Shown: one piece after another, positions 43,470 through 56,800 of the stretch
Numbering within the stretch: the first letter of the stretch is position 1
Layout: the number at the start of each line of letters is the position of its first letter
IMG/VR virus record: IMGVR_UViG_3300044618_002782
Coordinates: 1-64,000 of that record
DNA: 64,000 bases
Origin: a virus
Taxonomy: Duplodnaviria > Heunggongvirae > Uroviricota > Caudoviricetes
Reading direction: 5' to 3' (one strand)
Notes under the pieces: generated by a model
The model's input: only the letters and a program-made list of their open reading frames with translations
Told to the model about the DNA's origin: nothing
Databases searched by the model: none
Made by a program: the position numbers and the translations under genes

Positions 43470-44256
43470 TGATGTCTCCTAAATGCCGTTTTCCCATGGC
43501 ATGAAAATCTTGTCCTGCAATCACAACGTGGTGTAGTTTATTATTACTGGTTGTGTATGAAACTCGAAACTGATCAGTAGAGATTTGTTCTAGTCCATGC
43601 TCTGGCACTACACTGGCCAGTTTCCATGGTACAGTGGGCCAGTGTCCTTGATGTCCATGCAAGGTATTTAGAGCTATACTCAAGGCATGGTCGTTGCGAT
43701 AAGTTGATCGAGCGATGCCATAGAGATTTCGGTAGTGTTGCCAATTTTCTCGAATCATACGCATCATTTCAAACACACTTTTACTCAACAAGGATCGCCT
43801 AAATCTCATGACTGTGGCCCAGGCCATGGGCATGCGATGCAAGCCAAACCAATTTAAATCATCGAAGGTGCGTATGCCAGTAACATCATATGCTGTGATT
43901 GGTGCTAAAAAATCCTGCGGCATTTCAAACAACAGATTTAATTGATCGCTGCAGACAACATAGTCAGCGTCTAGCACTAGTGTTTCGTCGTAAGGGCTCA
44001 GATTATACACATCCATACGATTGCCGTTGAACCAAGAGACATTGTGACCAATATCACTAAAGTATCTGGTGCCACCGGACTCGGCAGTGGTTACAACAAC
44101 ATCTTTGAACGCAGTTGAGTCAGCAGGCACAACATCAGTTATTAGCGTGGTTGGCAATCCCAGGTGTTTGGCAATACGTCTAGCACTCCAAGCTGCCATT
44201 GCTTGATAATCAATATCACCACTATTGTAAGCAAATATAACTACGCCACGCATCAT
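43453..44256 (-). CDS. hypothetical protein (267 aa), possible GT-A-like (VLDADYVV DxD motif)
   Basis: N-terminal VVIFAYNSGDIDYQ, then LVLDADYVVCSD. Weak, motif-only evidence. Confidence 0.35.
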   Translation of the reverse strand: MMRGVVIFAYNSGDIDYQAMAAWSARRIAKHLGLPTTLITDVVPADSTAFKDVVVTTAESGGTRYFSDIGHNVSWFNGNRMDVYNLSPYDETLVLDADYVVCSDQLNLLFEMPQDFLAPITAYDVTGIRTFDDLNWFGLHRMPMAWATVMRFRRSLLSKSVFEMMRMIRENWQHYRNLYGIARSTYRNDHALSIALNTLHGHQGHWPTVPWKLASVVPEHGLEQISTDQFRVSYTTSNNKLHHVVIAGQDFHAMGKRHLGDIIASAS

Positions 44257-44561
44257 CGTTGTTGAGATAACGTTTCGTATTCAACTAGCCAAGCATTCAT
44301 TTGTTCATTCCATCGTTCCTGACTCAGCTTCATTAGTTCAACAGAATTGACTTTAACTGGCGTTTCGTATAAATCTGGTAAAACAATTTCTCCCATGCGA
44401 CCGCAGGTAAAAATCATTGCGTGTAATTCTGGACCAGCACGCCACATACCGCCGGCGTGCGCAAACAGCATTTTAGCTTCGTACTTTTCTTTCAACACAC
44501 GTCGAGCCGCTGCATGATCAAAACGGCTGCGTGCTTGAGTAACAAGATCGTCAGTATTCAT
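44253..44561 (-). CDS. hypothetical protein (102 aa)
   Basis: First gene downstream of the structural module on the minus strand; ATGA-coupled to the next gene. Confidence 0.4.
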   Translation of the reverse strand: MNTDDLVTQARSRFDHAAARRVLKEKYEAKMLFAHAGGMWRAGPELHAMIFTCGRMGEIVLPDLYETPVKVNSVELMKLSQERWNEQMNAWLVEYETLSQQR

Positions 44562-44593
44562 CGTTTTATTATACAGGGGAACAGGACAAAAGT

Positions 44594-44616
44594 AAAGGAC
44601 TTATTTTGAGTCCTTT
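44594..44616 (-). terminator. hairpin AAAGGACT-TATTTTG-AGTCCTTT downstream of structural gene 44640..45623 (minus strand)
   Basis: 8-bp perfect inverted repeat. The minus-strand 3' side is moderately T-rich (ACTTTTGT). Confidence 0.4.
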
Positions 44617-44639
44617 ACCTAAATTACTTGGAGTTGTAA

Positions 44640-45623
44640 TTAAGCAACAGAAGCTACCACAGTGGGTGCGCCCCATGTGTCAGTTAAGTATGTTGTAGAC
44701 GGAGGTCGATAAGTGACCACTGTGGCCGGTGCTGTACCGAATGTAGCACCGGTTGTGGCGGTGCCGCCCGAAATGTCGTCACTAGAACCTGCACCCGACC
44801 CACCAGGATCCGTCCAAACTGTGGTCAACACCAGCTGTGTGCCAGAACCGGCTGTTTTAGCCGAAATCTGGATAAATTGACCTGTATATGGCGAAGTATC
44901 AGCAAACTGTTTATAGATAATGGTATCAGTTGTAAGCAGATCGTACCAGCCAGTTGTGGTCAACAAAATGTTAGGAGTACCTGTGCCACCTACTTTGGTT
45001 GTGCCTGTATATGTTTGTCCCACAATGGTTTGAGTGGCAGTGCCGCCAGTGATCCAAATGTCGCCCACTAGAGTATTTGCCAGGTCGTTCCATTCGGTAT
45101 CAGCTGCTGTAGAGTCGGCTGTCTTGCTTGTTTCCCACTTGATACGGCCGCCGGCATTGAAAAAATATCTGGCTGCTGCTGCACTGGCCCAAGTAATGGT
45201 ATGAGTAAATGTAATAGTCCACGCGGTAGATCCAGATCCAGTGGCACTGGTCTTGCTTGATGTGCCTGTCCAACCTGTGAACAGAGAACCGGTTCCTACA
45301 GCATTGCCGCGATTGGTAGTGAGAGTGGTAAGATCTGTATTTAGAGCAGCCAAGATACTGATTGTGTTACCAGCAACCGGTGCTGTTCTAGCAGTAATTG
45401 TAGTGCCTTGATGACTGGCCATTGAGCTTATGGTATTAACCAAACTGGCCCATTGTGCAGCAGTGATGCTGCCGGCTGCTGCCACTGTAGCTAATGCTGT
45501 TTGTCCATAACCTTTGTCAGTTGCTCCAGTTGCCCAGATGCCATTGACGTTGGCTCCGGCTGTGGTAGATACAAATCCGTTGTAGTCTACTGCTTGTATT
45601 AATCCGCCCGATGAATAAGTCAT
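44640..45623 (-). CDS. Thr/Gly/Ser/Ala-rich fibre-like structural protein
   Basis: Low-complexity T/G/S/A composition (TGATDKGYGQTALATVAAAGS...GGTATTGATFGTAPATV) typical of tail-fibre distal domains. Confidence 0.5.
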   Translation of the reverse strand: MTYSSGGLIQAVDYNGFVSTTAGANVNGIWATGATDKGYGQTALATVAAAGSITAAQWASLVNTISSMASHQGTTITARTAPVAGNTISILAALNTDLTTLTTNRGNAVGTGSLFTGWTGTSSKTSATGSGSTAWTITFTHTITWASAAAARYFFNAGGRIKWETSKTADSTAADTEWNDLANTLVGDIWITGGTATQTIVGQTYTGTTKVGGTGTPNILLTTTGWYDLLTTDTIIYKQFADTSPYTGQFIQISAKTAGSGTQLVLTTVWTDPGGSGAGSSDDISGGTATTGATFGTAPATVVTYRPPSTTYLTDTWGAPTVVASVA

Positions 45624-45642
45624 TTATTTGTTTCCAATTAGA

Positions 45643-47001
45643 TCAGTTGATGGTGACAATTGCTTCAATCACGCCGTCATCTGTTGTGGTCTTGTTTTCT
45701 AGTGCGCGGCCAATAACGTTAAATGCTGTGGCTTCGCCAGGTTGAGCAGCTCGTGCTTGACCTTGTCCTGCTGACACCAATCGATCACCTTTGCTGATTC
45801 GACCAGTTACTCTAACTGGAACACGACCTGTCATTGCTATGGGAGGATGAGTTGCATCTGTGCCTACACCAGAATTCATAAGATAAGCTGCTCTAGTACT
45901 TATCACTCCGAATACTTTTTCGCTTAAATCATCTAAGGAACGTGTGATTTCTGCTGTGCCGCCTAGCTCAACTACTGTTCCAGGAGCATACTCTTGGTCT
46001 GCCGCAAATCGTTCAGCAACGTCGGCATACAAAGCTGTGGTAGCTGTTGCAAACACTGTGTTGAACGGAGTACCGGATGAACCGATGTTTCCTTGTCCTG
46101 CAGCATTAAGGTTGGTGATTCCACGGAATCCCACGTTGGCTGTTGATCCTACAACCAACATGGCTGTGGTGGTTACTCCACCGTCGTTGACAACAACAGC
46201 AATGTTGGCATCCGCTGTTTGATTTTGGATATTAACAGTCGAAGTTGCTGTTGTTACTGAAATTTTAGCGTCTTGGTCAGCACCCACTGTCAAGCCTGTG
46301 TCGTTCAAAATTCCTAGTGTGCCGCTGGTGGTATCGTTTTCATCAGACCGCAGGAATGATGCTGCTAGCACACCGCCCAACGATTGTGAATCAGTGCTGG
46401 TACCTCTAAACAAGTTGTTGGAGACTGTGCTGCTCAACTGCATGCCTGGACCAATGGTGCCGAATCCAGATATAGCAGATTGTGGAGTGAATGTAGCATC
46501 CTTGGAAATAATTGCCACAACAACATCATTTACAAACATCTTGATCACAACATGATCAACACTGACGTTGTCGGTTACTGTGTCAACCACTGCACCCGAA
46601 GTTCCTTGTCCAGCAGTCGATGCAGGACCAATCAGTGTAAAAGTAGCACCGTTCCATACTTTCAACTGTTGATTTGTGGTATCCCACCAGCTGTCGCCAA
46701 CTACGTTTCCGGTTGGAGCAGTGGCACTGGCAGTGGCAGCTGAAATAGTCTTGAAGGCTGTGCCTGTGTAGACCTTCATCAAACTGTTGGCCTTGTCCCA
46801 CCACAGCTGACCTGTTAGTGGTGCGCCAGGTGCTACCGAGTTGGAGCCATTTTCCAAGAGATGAATAAAGTTCTCATCCAGGAATTCACCATATCCAGCA
46901 TAGTTCTTACCTACTAAGATCATGCTTGATGCAGTATTGATGGTACCATCTGCAATAGTTGCAAATATGCTGCCATCAGTTAGATTAATTGTATATGCCA
47001 T
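45643..47001 (-). CDS. tail fibre-like protein
   Basis: MAYTINLTDGSIFATIADGTINTAS-type N-terminus followed by a G/T/S/A/N-rich beta-rich sequence. Position within the structural module. Confidence 0.5.
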   Translation of the reverse strand: MAYTINLTDGSIFATIADGTINTASSMILVGKNYAGYGEFLDENFIHLLENGSNSVAPGAPLTGQLWWDKANSLMKVYTGTAFKTISAATASATAPTGNVVGDSWWDTTNQQLKVWNGATFTLIGPASTAGQGTSGAVVDTVTDNVSVDHVVIKMFVNDVVVAIISKDATFTPQSAISGFGTIGPGMQLSSTVSNNLFRGTSTDSQSLGGVLAASFLRSDENDTTSGTLGILNDTGLTVGADQDAKISVTTATSTVNIQNQTADANIAVVVNDGGVTTTAMLVVGSTANVGFRGITNLNAAGQGNIGSSGTPFNTVFATATTALYADVAERFAADQEYAPGTVVELGGTAEITRSLDDLSEKVFGVISTRAAYLMNSGVGTDATHPPIAMTGRVPVRVTGRISKGDRLVSAGQGQARAAQPGEATAFNVIGRALENKTTTDDGVIEAIVTIN

Positions 47002-47052
47002 TTTATTTCACTCCATCCTGTCAATATTTATGGTAAGAATATGTACCCATAT

Positions 47053-47658
47053 TTATGCTGTGCTCAGGTTAGTCAGAGTTTGAATTCGCACAGTATAATC
47101 GATTTGAATTTGTCTGTTAAGGCTTTTTTGCACTGGGTGAAAAATTACATGAGTGATCAACATGAGATCACTGCTGGATCCTTCCCATGACTTGAGGCCT
47201 AGTTCGTCAAATACGTATTCGCCGTTGAAATTGGTGCTGTTGTCAAACGCTTGTTGACCAACAGGTTCACCATAATCTAGCAAACACGTTACAAGAACAT
47301 CAGTGTAAAATTGCCCTGATGTATGCAATACAGTAAGATTATTACGTGTGGGATCGGTATTAGCAGGGCTGTTTCCGTCTACCACTTTAATAAAAGTCTG
47401 ATTGTAAAGATCTGCATTTTGTCCTGTGATGTTGGGCGGCAAATATGTAATAACACCAGTTGGATCTACACTGCTGCCGCCGTTGCCAAATGCCATGGCA
47501 TACACATATCCAAGATTTTTATTGGCCAAACTTTGTGCCAGTGCCATACTCATGTTTTCATAATGAATTGCATTGTGCTTGTCAACAAAGGTTTCCCCGT
47601 TGTTGGGATCATAAATTTTTAAAAAACCTTCTATTGTCACGGGACCTATGGACATCAT
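47053..47658 (-). CDS. hypothetical virion-associated protein (201 aa)
   Basis: Intact ORF between the giant ORF and the fibre genes. Confidence 0.4.
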   Translation of the reverse strand: MMSIGPVTIEGFLKIYDPNNGETFVDKHNAIHYENMSMALAQSLANKNLGYVYAMAFGNGGSSVDPTGVITYLPPNITGQNADLYNQTFIKVVDGNSPANTDPTRNNLTVLHTSGQFYTDVLVTCLLDYGEPVGQQAFDNSTNFNGEYVFDELGLKSWEGSSSDLMLITHVIFHPVQKSLNRQIQIDYTVRIQTLTNLSTA

Positions 47659-47818
47659 GCTCGTTTCTCCACCATCACTTCTTTGGTATTTGGATCAAAA
47701 ATCTTTACATACGCTTCGATATAAACAGATCCGGTTTCATTGGGTTTTGCCCCTTTCTTTACAGGATCAGCTTTTAATGGGGTATCTGACGTATTATTCA
47801 TAGTGTTATTTATACGCA

Positions 47819-50800
47819 TCACTCACCACGAATAAACCTTGCTGCCAGAGTTTGCTGTTCTTGCAGAGCAATACCGTCGCCCTGGGCAGCATATATGTCT
47901 GTTCCTCTGCGTACCAAAATAGTCACTTGATAATTGGCAGTAGGAGCTACAGTAAATTGTACGACAACTGGCTCAGCATCAACAATGGTGTATCCGCCGG
48001 TCTGTCGTAGGCCGCCTACATACACTTCAATTGCATCGTCAATTTCGGTAGAATCTACACCAATGACATTGATGTTTTCAGTAGCAAACACTGTTTGTGT
48101 ACCAGTGGCTAAGAAACTTTCTGCTGTTACATAATTTTGATATTCTGGTGGCAACAAGTTGCCACGGCCAATGTCATAAACTGGTGTGTTGACTGCATGG
48201 TTTGCAGCGCCAGTACCGGCTGTGCCTCTACGTAATCCGCTTATGGTATTGGTTACTACATCACGTGCCCGATAAGCAATACGCTCTCCGTTGATGGTGA
48301 TAAGTCCAAAAATACCCTGCGGCAAATTAGGCACTGATAAACTGCTGGCATCGTCGACATAGATTACAGTGTCATCTGCAGACAATGGCTGAACCAAGGT
48401 TGTGGTTGTATTTTCGGTTATTCTATACAACGATTGCAGCCCGCGCATGTCTTGAAAGATGCGGAATGCAATTGCGCCCGGAATAACACTTTCGGTTACA
48501 CTGGTAATGGCAACAACTTGTGCTGCGCTTATCGGAGCTCCCAATAGTTCTACAATCGATCCATCGACTGTGAATCCGGATCCTTCGAACAAGAACAATC
48601 CATTCAGTGTCACTTGTAATCTTGAAGGATTAGTTATTATTCGACCAGTATCAAACCTATTAGTCTGTATCTGCGACCCTGCACTGTAATCATATGATCC
48701 AGGTTCGTTGGTTACTAATCCAGAATCATACGGCGTATCATCGTAGGGCTGAGCAACTAAGACACCTTCGGTTGTGGGACCAACAAAAACTTGAGTTAAT
48801 AGATTCTGCTGGCTGGTATCATTCCAGCTGGTGATCGAAATAACATCTCCAATACTAGGCACCAAGGATCCAGTGCTATTCCATATCAGTGTATTGCTGG
48901 ATGAAATATAGTACTGTGCTTCTGTGCGCACAGATATTAAAATTCTAGATCCCAGAGGAGGTGCATCAGTAAGAATAACAGTTCTGCGGCTGCTTCCGTC
49001 CCAGGGTGACACAAAAAATTCTGTCCCCAGTACCAACGCTGTGTTATCAACATAAACAGTTACATCATTGTCAGAAATCAAGGCCTGGCTATATCCTCCG
49101 CGTGTTGGCAGATAATATTCGAGACTTGAGCCATCGTCAATGTATTCAACTCCTTCGCTAGGTCTTGCTCTTACACCATTCTTTTCAACTACAACGTTGG
49201 CAGGATTTGTACCGGTCAATGTCTGAGACAGCGGGAAGCTCAATGATCCAGTGTAGACAAAGTATTCTGTCTGTGGCGTACTCCAGCTCAGCACCGGTGT
49301 GGTATCAGTTGCACCCATTGCTGAAATAAAGACATAGTCTTCGGCAGTGTAGGCAGATGCAAACACAACTCTGGTAAATCCTGGGCTAGCATAACTGTAT
49401 GTGTAGTTGGTTATCACTGTTCCGTTTACAAATACCACTACCTGGTTGATGAGGTTAAACGGCACAGGTAAAATAATACCCGTATTAACATCAAGACCGT
49501 TGTAGGAGTTGCTGTACAACTGATTGCCGCCACCCAGTCCGTACACTGTCAGCACAATGACATCGGTTTCAGCAACACCCGAGATGATTTCAACTGTTTG
49601 ATTAACCCAGTCTACGACATAATTGACCAATGGTATTAACTGTGTGCCAATTGTCTGATTCCAGACACGCAATTGTACTGGGTCGTTCAGTAGATCTGCG
49701 AAACTGTATTCAGTAATATCAACATCGTAAAAGTACTTGGTTGTTTCCAACGGAAATCCGTGTCCATCACCAGCCCAGTCCGAACCCACTGTAGAGAATA
49801 CACGCATGTCTAGTGTGTCAAACACTGCGCCTGGTACAAGTTCTTCAGGAGCATGGCTTGAGTAAGTGTCTACAAATGCACCTCCTGCTACATTGATAGC
49901 AGTGGGCCCAATTCCCAAATAAGGATCAGTAAATTCGCTGGCGTAGATGGCATCTAAGATTGCCGGATCATAAGTTGGTGCTCCTTCGGGACCAAATGCC
50001 AAGTTGTCGTAGGGATTTATATCATAATTACCAACATCAAATCCGGTGTTTTGATTGAAGCCCGGTGCTTTGACTTGCACTCCTGGATAATCAACGCCTG
50101 ATATCAGCAATGCAAGATCCAGACCCGGTTCCGACGGAGTAGGAACATAATAGCCCATTGTACGATTAACACCACTTAGATCGCCAGCTGGTACTAGTGT
50201 CCATTGATCAGGATCAAAGGTACTGGTTTCCACAGCAGTGCTGTCGGCAGAATCTGCACTCCACACTCGATCGTCGTATCGCACCAAGGTTCCATTATCG
50301 TAACTAACTTCGGGCTGCCAGTCAACAATGGTGGTTTGATATTGATATCGATCGTACTTGATGGTTGTTGTGATACTTCTTGTCAGGCCATTGCCCATGA
50401 CTGCAACAGCACGAGCTCTGCGTCCAAGGTAAGTCAGCACGGCTGTGCCGCTGACAACTGGGTTAGTGGTACTGGTTGGGGGAACTGCTGTTAGTACTCC
50501 GCTGGTGACAACTCTGTATACCAAACCTGCCGGAGTTTGTATAACTGAGCCTGCCAGTGCAGGACGCAATGCCACCCAGGCCTGTGCTTCGGGCAAGCCG
50601 CCAATTAATTCAATAATAGCAGTGGTCAAATATCCCAAGCCTGGGTCAGTTACTTCAATACTAACTATTACACCTAGACTATTAATTTTGGCAATCATCT
50701 GTGCTTCACGAGTAGCTTGCCCGGTTACTACCACTTCTGGTGCTACCGTGTATCCTTCTCCGGCATCAACAATGGTTACAGATTCCAAGGTCAATAGATA

Positions 50801-53800
50801 ATTTTCATACCATTGATTGTAGGGGAATGTGGTCCATATCGGATCTGTGCTGGCAAAGCTGCTGGTAGTACTGACGTTGCTCGAGTCGTCCAGTATTGGA
50901 CTAATAAACAAGTCTTGGGCAGCATCCCAGAATGCCGGCAAGTCAAAATCGTTTATTGTGCCCAGATACTGGTCAAATCCTTTGTAGATCAAGTTAAATT
51001 CGCGGATCTGTACGTGGTAAGGTTTGACTTCTTTGATGTAGTCTAGCACAAAGTCTTGATTGTCTCTGCGATAGATCTGGAAAGGCACGAGATCACGAAT
51101 GGTATGATCAACATCGATCAAGCTGGTCTTGGTCAACCATAACGGAGCAATTTGTTCGCTGAGTACATAATTGAACATCAGTGTCAGCGAGCGATTTCTT
51201 TCAATCAGCAGGTCTTCAACAAACAACTCTTGATTGATTGCTTGAATAATCTTGCGAGTCTCAATAATTGGTTCTTGATCAAAAAACTGTGCATCAAATA
51301 CTTCAACATCAAATCCATAACGACCAGTATCTACTGTGTAATCCCATAGACGCTTCTGGAACTCAATTGTACCGTCTTCGAGGCCTACTCGAGTCCAAGT
51401 GTTGTTGTATTGATAAATTTCAAATTTACCTTGTGCATTGGCAGTGACTTTTACGCTGCTGCCTGCAGGAACTGTAATAGCATCCAGTGCCGAGACTGTA
51501 GGCACTTCAACTAAGATTCTAGTGGCGGGATTGTAGCCAGGTAAGTACCAATCAATATAATTCCAAAATTGTTTGGTGTCGTAATTTTGTACTCTAATCA
51601 AAGTCAAGGCCTTTGATCCAAACAACGGGCCAGGCACAACTTCGTATATGGCCCAGAGACCTCGATAATTACTGTCACTGGCCACAAGATATTTGTATCC
51701 AAGTGCCACTTCTGCTAGATTTTGATAGGTTAATTCTTCATAGTTGGCCAGTCTCAAGTTCCACTCACCGCTGAATACCGACGGTTCTGGTTCGGCACTG
51801 TTTAACAAGTTAAATCGACGTGTCTCTGATATAGGAAAATGCTTGAGAACTGTGTTGGCACGCACCAGGTAATTTTTAAGCGCCATCAGACGATTAACAA
51901 ACATGGACTGTCGTGGTCGAGCCTCTAAGCCGTACTGTTCGCTGGGACTTAGGAATGGATCCGGAACTGGGTTGCCGGCTGTGTCAACTCCACAAAAACT
52001 GTCTTGCAACTTCAAATACAAGCTGTCAGTTAAGAATCCATCAGCACGTCCTTCAGGAATCAATTGATATTCTACGTGTACTGCAGCATCGTTATATTGT
52101 TGATCATATTCGACATGCAAGATAGTATCTTGTGCAGAAATATACGGCAGTCCGTTGTATATCGCAATGGTGCTTGCATCAATTGGTGCAATATAGCTGA
52201 TTCCACTGCTGCGAGGACTAAAAATGTACTGAGAAATCGTTTCAATGCTCAAAGTTTTCTTGGCTGCACGATCAACAGTGCTAATTCCTGTTACCCAGAA
52301 ATAATATTGTGTTCCAAAAACTCCTTGCTCATTCAGCGAAGTAGATGTCACATAACTGGTGGTATTGAGAGGCAGGCCTGGGCCGGCATAGTCTGCAGGC
52401 GAGACACTGCTGGCAATCCATTGGTAGACTTGAATTATGCTGCCCGGGAACACTTGCCCCCATCTGCGGCTGGCATACACAATATCGTCTTGGTTGGTGT
52501 CGATAAATCTTACGTTGGAGGTATCCCACCAAATTTGTCCAACTCGTTCTTGTCTCCAACTGTTGCCATAATTGTTTACTTCGCCCACGTTGTAAGCAGC
52601 TGGATTGATTGCACCGATGTAATCGATGTTTTGAGCCACAGCTCCTAACAATCGACCTTGCAAGGGGTTAAAATAATCAAAGTATTGTTTTTGACTACCA
52701 CTGACACGATCATACATGAACACTGTGTTCAGCAAAGAAACATCTACCACTGGTTGTTGTGCTCGAATGACTTTCCATGCTGGTTGCTGTTCAGGATTTT
52801 TCAACAAAACAACCTGTCCGTAATTGGATTGACTGTCACCCAAGTCACTGCCAGGTGATCCAATCAGCAGTGTACCTGTGGTATAATCAATGGCTGTTCC
52901 AAATTGATCTACTGAAGTTATGCTTGTGTCAAAAATCTGTTGTCCAAAAACAAACTGCCCTGGATTGGTCACTGTTGGGCTGGCAGCAGGAAGGAAATCG
53001 TATGAATATACCACGCCACTTTGTATAACAGTATCACCAAACAGTGTGCTGAAAGAATCAAATGTGGTGGTACCGGCGTCAAACGTCACCTGCGTAATAG
53101 CTGATCCATTGGGTGCGCCGATCAGCAGCGCAGTTGTGTTGTCGCTAATGAATAATCCGCTGCCGAAATTAGCAAAGTTTTGCTGTATTGGTGCTGTAAT
53201 AACTTGCAAGTTAACGTAAATTGTCCAGCCCAGATTTGCAAACAATGTACCTGTTCCGGGTAACACTTGCAGTTTGTTCAATACTGCTGCAGACTGAAAA
53301 TTCTTAGCCGATAAGATCAATCTTCCACTTACAAGTACTATGCGGTCAGACACAAGTGGTGCCACACTAAATGTTATCTGCTGTGTGGTATTGTTGTAAG
53401 TGTAGTTGACTCCGTCAGTTTGAACTACATCGTTGATTAATACTCGACTTGTGTAAGATACAGCAGCAGACCAAATTGTGCCAACATCAAATACTCTAGT
53501 AGTTCCATCTCCTAGCAAGGTAACGTCAGCTGTAACAGATGCTTGTGCATTTGGCACGCCAGCAGCGTTGATGTCTGCTGCCAAATCAGCCACAGTGGTT
53601 CCTGTCAACTCAACAAAATAATTGTTGATTCTAATGGTATTGCCTGTGGTCAGGGTGGGGTTGGCTATGTTGCTGGTTATAATGCCGTAAACTCGTGCTT
53701 GGTTTTGATTGAATTCAACCTGTCCAGACTGCACATAGTCTGAGTCAGCAAATGGTGCAGAAACATACAAACTGCAATCATTGATACACTGATCCAACTT

Positions 53801-56800
53801 GTAGCCAAATTTGCTGGCCGAATCTGGTGCAACTGAGTAGATTGTTTGAATCAAACTAAACTGATTCGATTCAATAGTCAGCACATCACCTACTGCAATA
53901 TCAGTATCAACTGTGACTGTGTTGGCTGCAACAGAATATGTTCCGCCAATGTTGTTTTGTTGGTTTAGTAAGAACACACCATTTAATATAACTGATGTAG
54001 GTGTAACCAAATTTTGTACTGTGGTATAATCTACCGTTGTGCTGTCGGTGATCTGGAAATTCTGTATAGATCGGTCAAACACATAGGTTGCGCCGGCCTG
54101 TTGAACAACTTGACTGGTCACAGGATCTGTGTAAGAAATGTCTGGGCATCCTACTATAACCTGGCGGCCGTCGGTAGTGGTGCTGACACTGTGACCAAAT
54201 CTTTCTGTGCTTGATACTCCCGGCACAGTCAACGACGTAACAGGTGTAAAATAGGTTTGAGCTCTTACATTAATAGTCGTGCCGGCCGCAGGTGCTGTAA
54301 CAAATGTCAATGCTCGCAGGGCCGAGACAGTGTAATCTGTAACGGGTCTTTGTAGCACATCATCAATGTACACACTGGCGCTGTATGAATTAACAGCCGT
54401 ATAAATCGAACTCAGATCAAATACTGTAGTCGACGCATCGCCAGTGAACGATTGAGTTGCACGGCGAGTAATAGTGATAAGAGAATCTGCATCTGGTGGT
54501 ATTGAAAAAACCACGTTGCCGCCAGCAACTATATAATCTATTCCCAGGGTCAATATTGTGCTGCCATCGGACACTACCAATTGATCATCCAAGTCAATCA
54601 CAATGTGATTGCTGTAGTTGAAGAAATTTTGAGTCACAGTGACACGGTATACGACAAATTGATTTTGATAATCTACACGACCGTACACATAAACAATGTT
54701 GCCGCCTGGTGCACCAACATATACCCAGCGTTCGTCTTGACTTATAGTCACACTGTAACCAAACTCATCAGCAGCAGTTACAGCAGATCCGGGATCAATC
54801 GATAACAACTGCCATTGCTGAAACACTGCTGAACCTGGATCTCGATAAACAACAACTGCATATCCGCGATTGGTATTACTGGCACTGGCACCTACCACTG
54901 CCCATTGCTGGTCTCCCATGTCCATGGCATTGCCATATCCACTGGTGCCGGTTGTTCCCAATTCCAATACAGAATTTTGCGCATAAACATCTGCATCGGT
55001 TTTTACATAAGTGTAGACTGCTCCTGGAACAGTTGCTGCACTGGCAGGATTGTAGCCTGGAGCACCAACCAAGGCGCTGAGATTTCTAAATCCTTGTGCC
55101 AAGCTGGCACCATACAAGGAATTTTCTAACGGAATTGTAGGTGTAACAACAGACGGTTGAGTAAACGGATCTATTTTTTCTAACACAGTCCAATGATCAG
55201 CGCCATTGTTGTCAACCCAGACCTTGATGCCCGGAGTAAGTTGTCGAGCATAAGGCAGATCAGCAATATCAGCTGCTTGAGCAACACGAGCAGGTTGCAG
55301 AGTAAATCCAACACCTTCGCCGGTTATTGAACTTTGCAATCCGTCAAACACATAATCAATCAACAAGGTAGTGATGCCGGGTACTGCACGAACACGGTAA
55401 ATGCCGTTGATACTGTCATCGAAAAACTTGATTACCAAAATATCATTGATCGCAAGTCCGTGTGCTTTGTTGAACTGCACTAGACTTTGTCCTTCGAGAT
55501 TGTCGGACACACGAGTAATTGTGCCGGGCACAAGTTCTGCACGATAAACATGCCAGTCGTACTGATTGACGCTGGCCACCCAGATTGTGGTGCCTACTCC
55601 AATTTCATCTAGCGCACCGTCGAGTGCAACCACAGCATCTAAATCAAATGCAGTGAGATCCACATCATCTAAATTTGCATATCCAGCAGTAGGTAAACCA
55701 ATGTCAGTTGGATTGATAATCGTGGTAGGCAAAATGTTCGGCGATGTCAAGTTTGTGCTGGACTTCCATACATCTTGTAACAGTACTGTTTGATCGGCTT
55801 TGCTAGTTTCACCCGGCAGCACAACTTGAATTAAGCTGGGATCACTGGGCAATAAAGCCTGATTCAACAACAATTCAAAATAACTTCTATTTGCTGTGGC
55901 TCCGTATGTGCTGCGTAAGATTGCCCAGAATTCATAGATCTGATACTCGGCTGCTTCCTTTCCTAGATCTGCCAAATTAAATATTTCTGCACTGCGTAAT
56001 GTACCCTTGGTGTTTAGAAACTGTTGGTACAAGTTGACCTGGCTTACATCATCCAGATTAAGTGCTTGCATGTATTCTCTCGGACGGAATCCAATCAGTC
56101 CATAGCTGAACAAGTCTACTTCTTGTTCTAAGTTTGCATCGTATGTACTGTAAGCTGTTGACAATTGCAAAGACTGGTTGGATGCGTTGGGCAGCAGACC
56201 TTTTTGTATTTGATCGTAATCGCTCTTGATCCACAACGAATAGTTAAACTCTGTGCTGGGTTGAATGATGTTACTGGCACTCCAGTACTCATTTTTAAAC
56301 AGAACAATTTCGCCCTTGGCGTATTTGCGATTAGGTACCCATTCAACAATGTTGTCTTGGTTTAAAATAAATCCAGGAGCGTTTAGTTGGCCATTCCAGT
56401 TGCCACTGAGCCATCCTGAGATAAGAACTCGACTCTGTCGCACACCAGTGACCGGATTGTACAAGAGATCAGAAAAAATACTGCGATTGTCCAGCACCAA
56501 CAAATGCTCGTAGGCAGTAAACTTTAGCTGCAGATAATTGATGGTGTTGGATGTTAGAGTAGACACCTTGAACAAGTTATCTAATCGATCAATCACCAAC
56601 TCAGAAGTCGGCAACGGCTGACGATTTTGATTGAGAATTATGTTTTCAGGAGTATATGTATTGATGCTGTCAACAATTGCATTTGCACGCACAACAGATA
56701 TGCTGGTTGCAGCTGGGTTTAAGTTGATAATAGAACCGGTTGCCCACCCTTGCTGAGTCCAGTACAAGAATTCTTGTGCCATCTGAGTCCAGTTGAGTGT

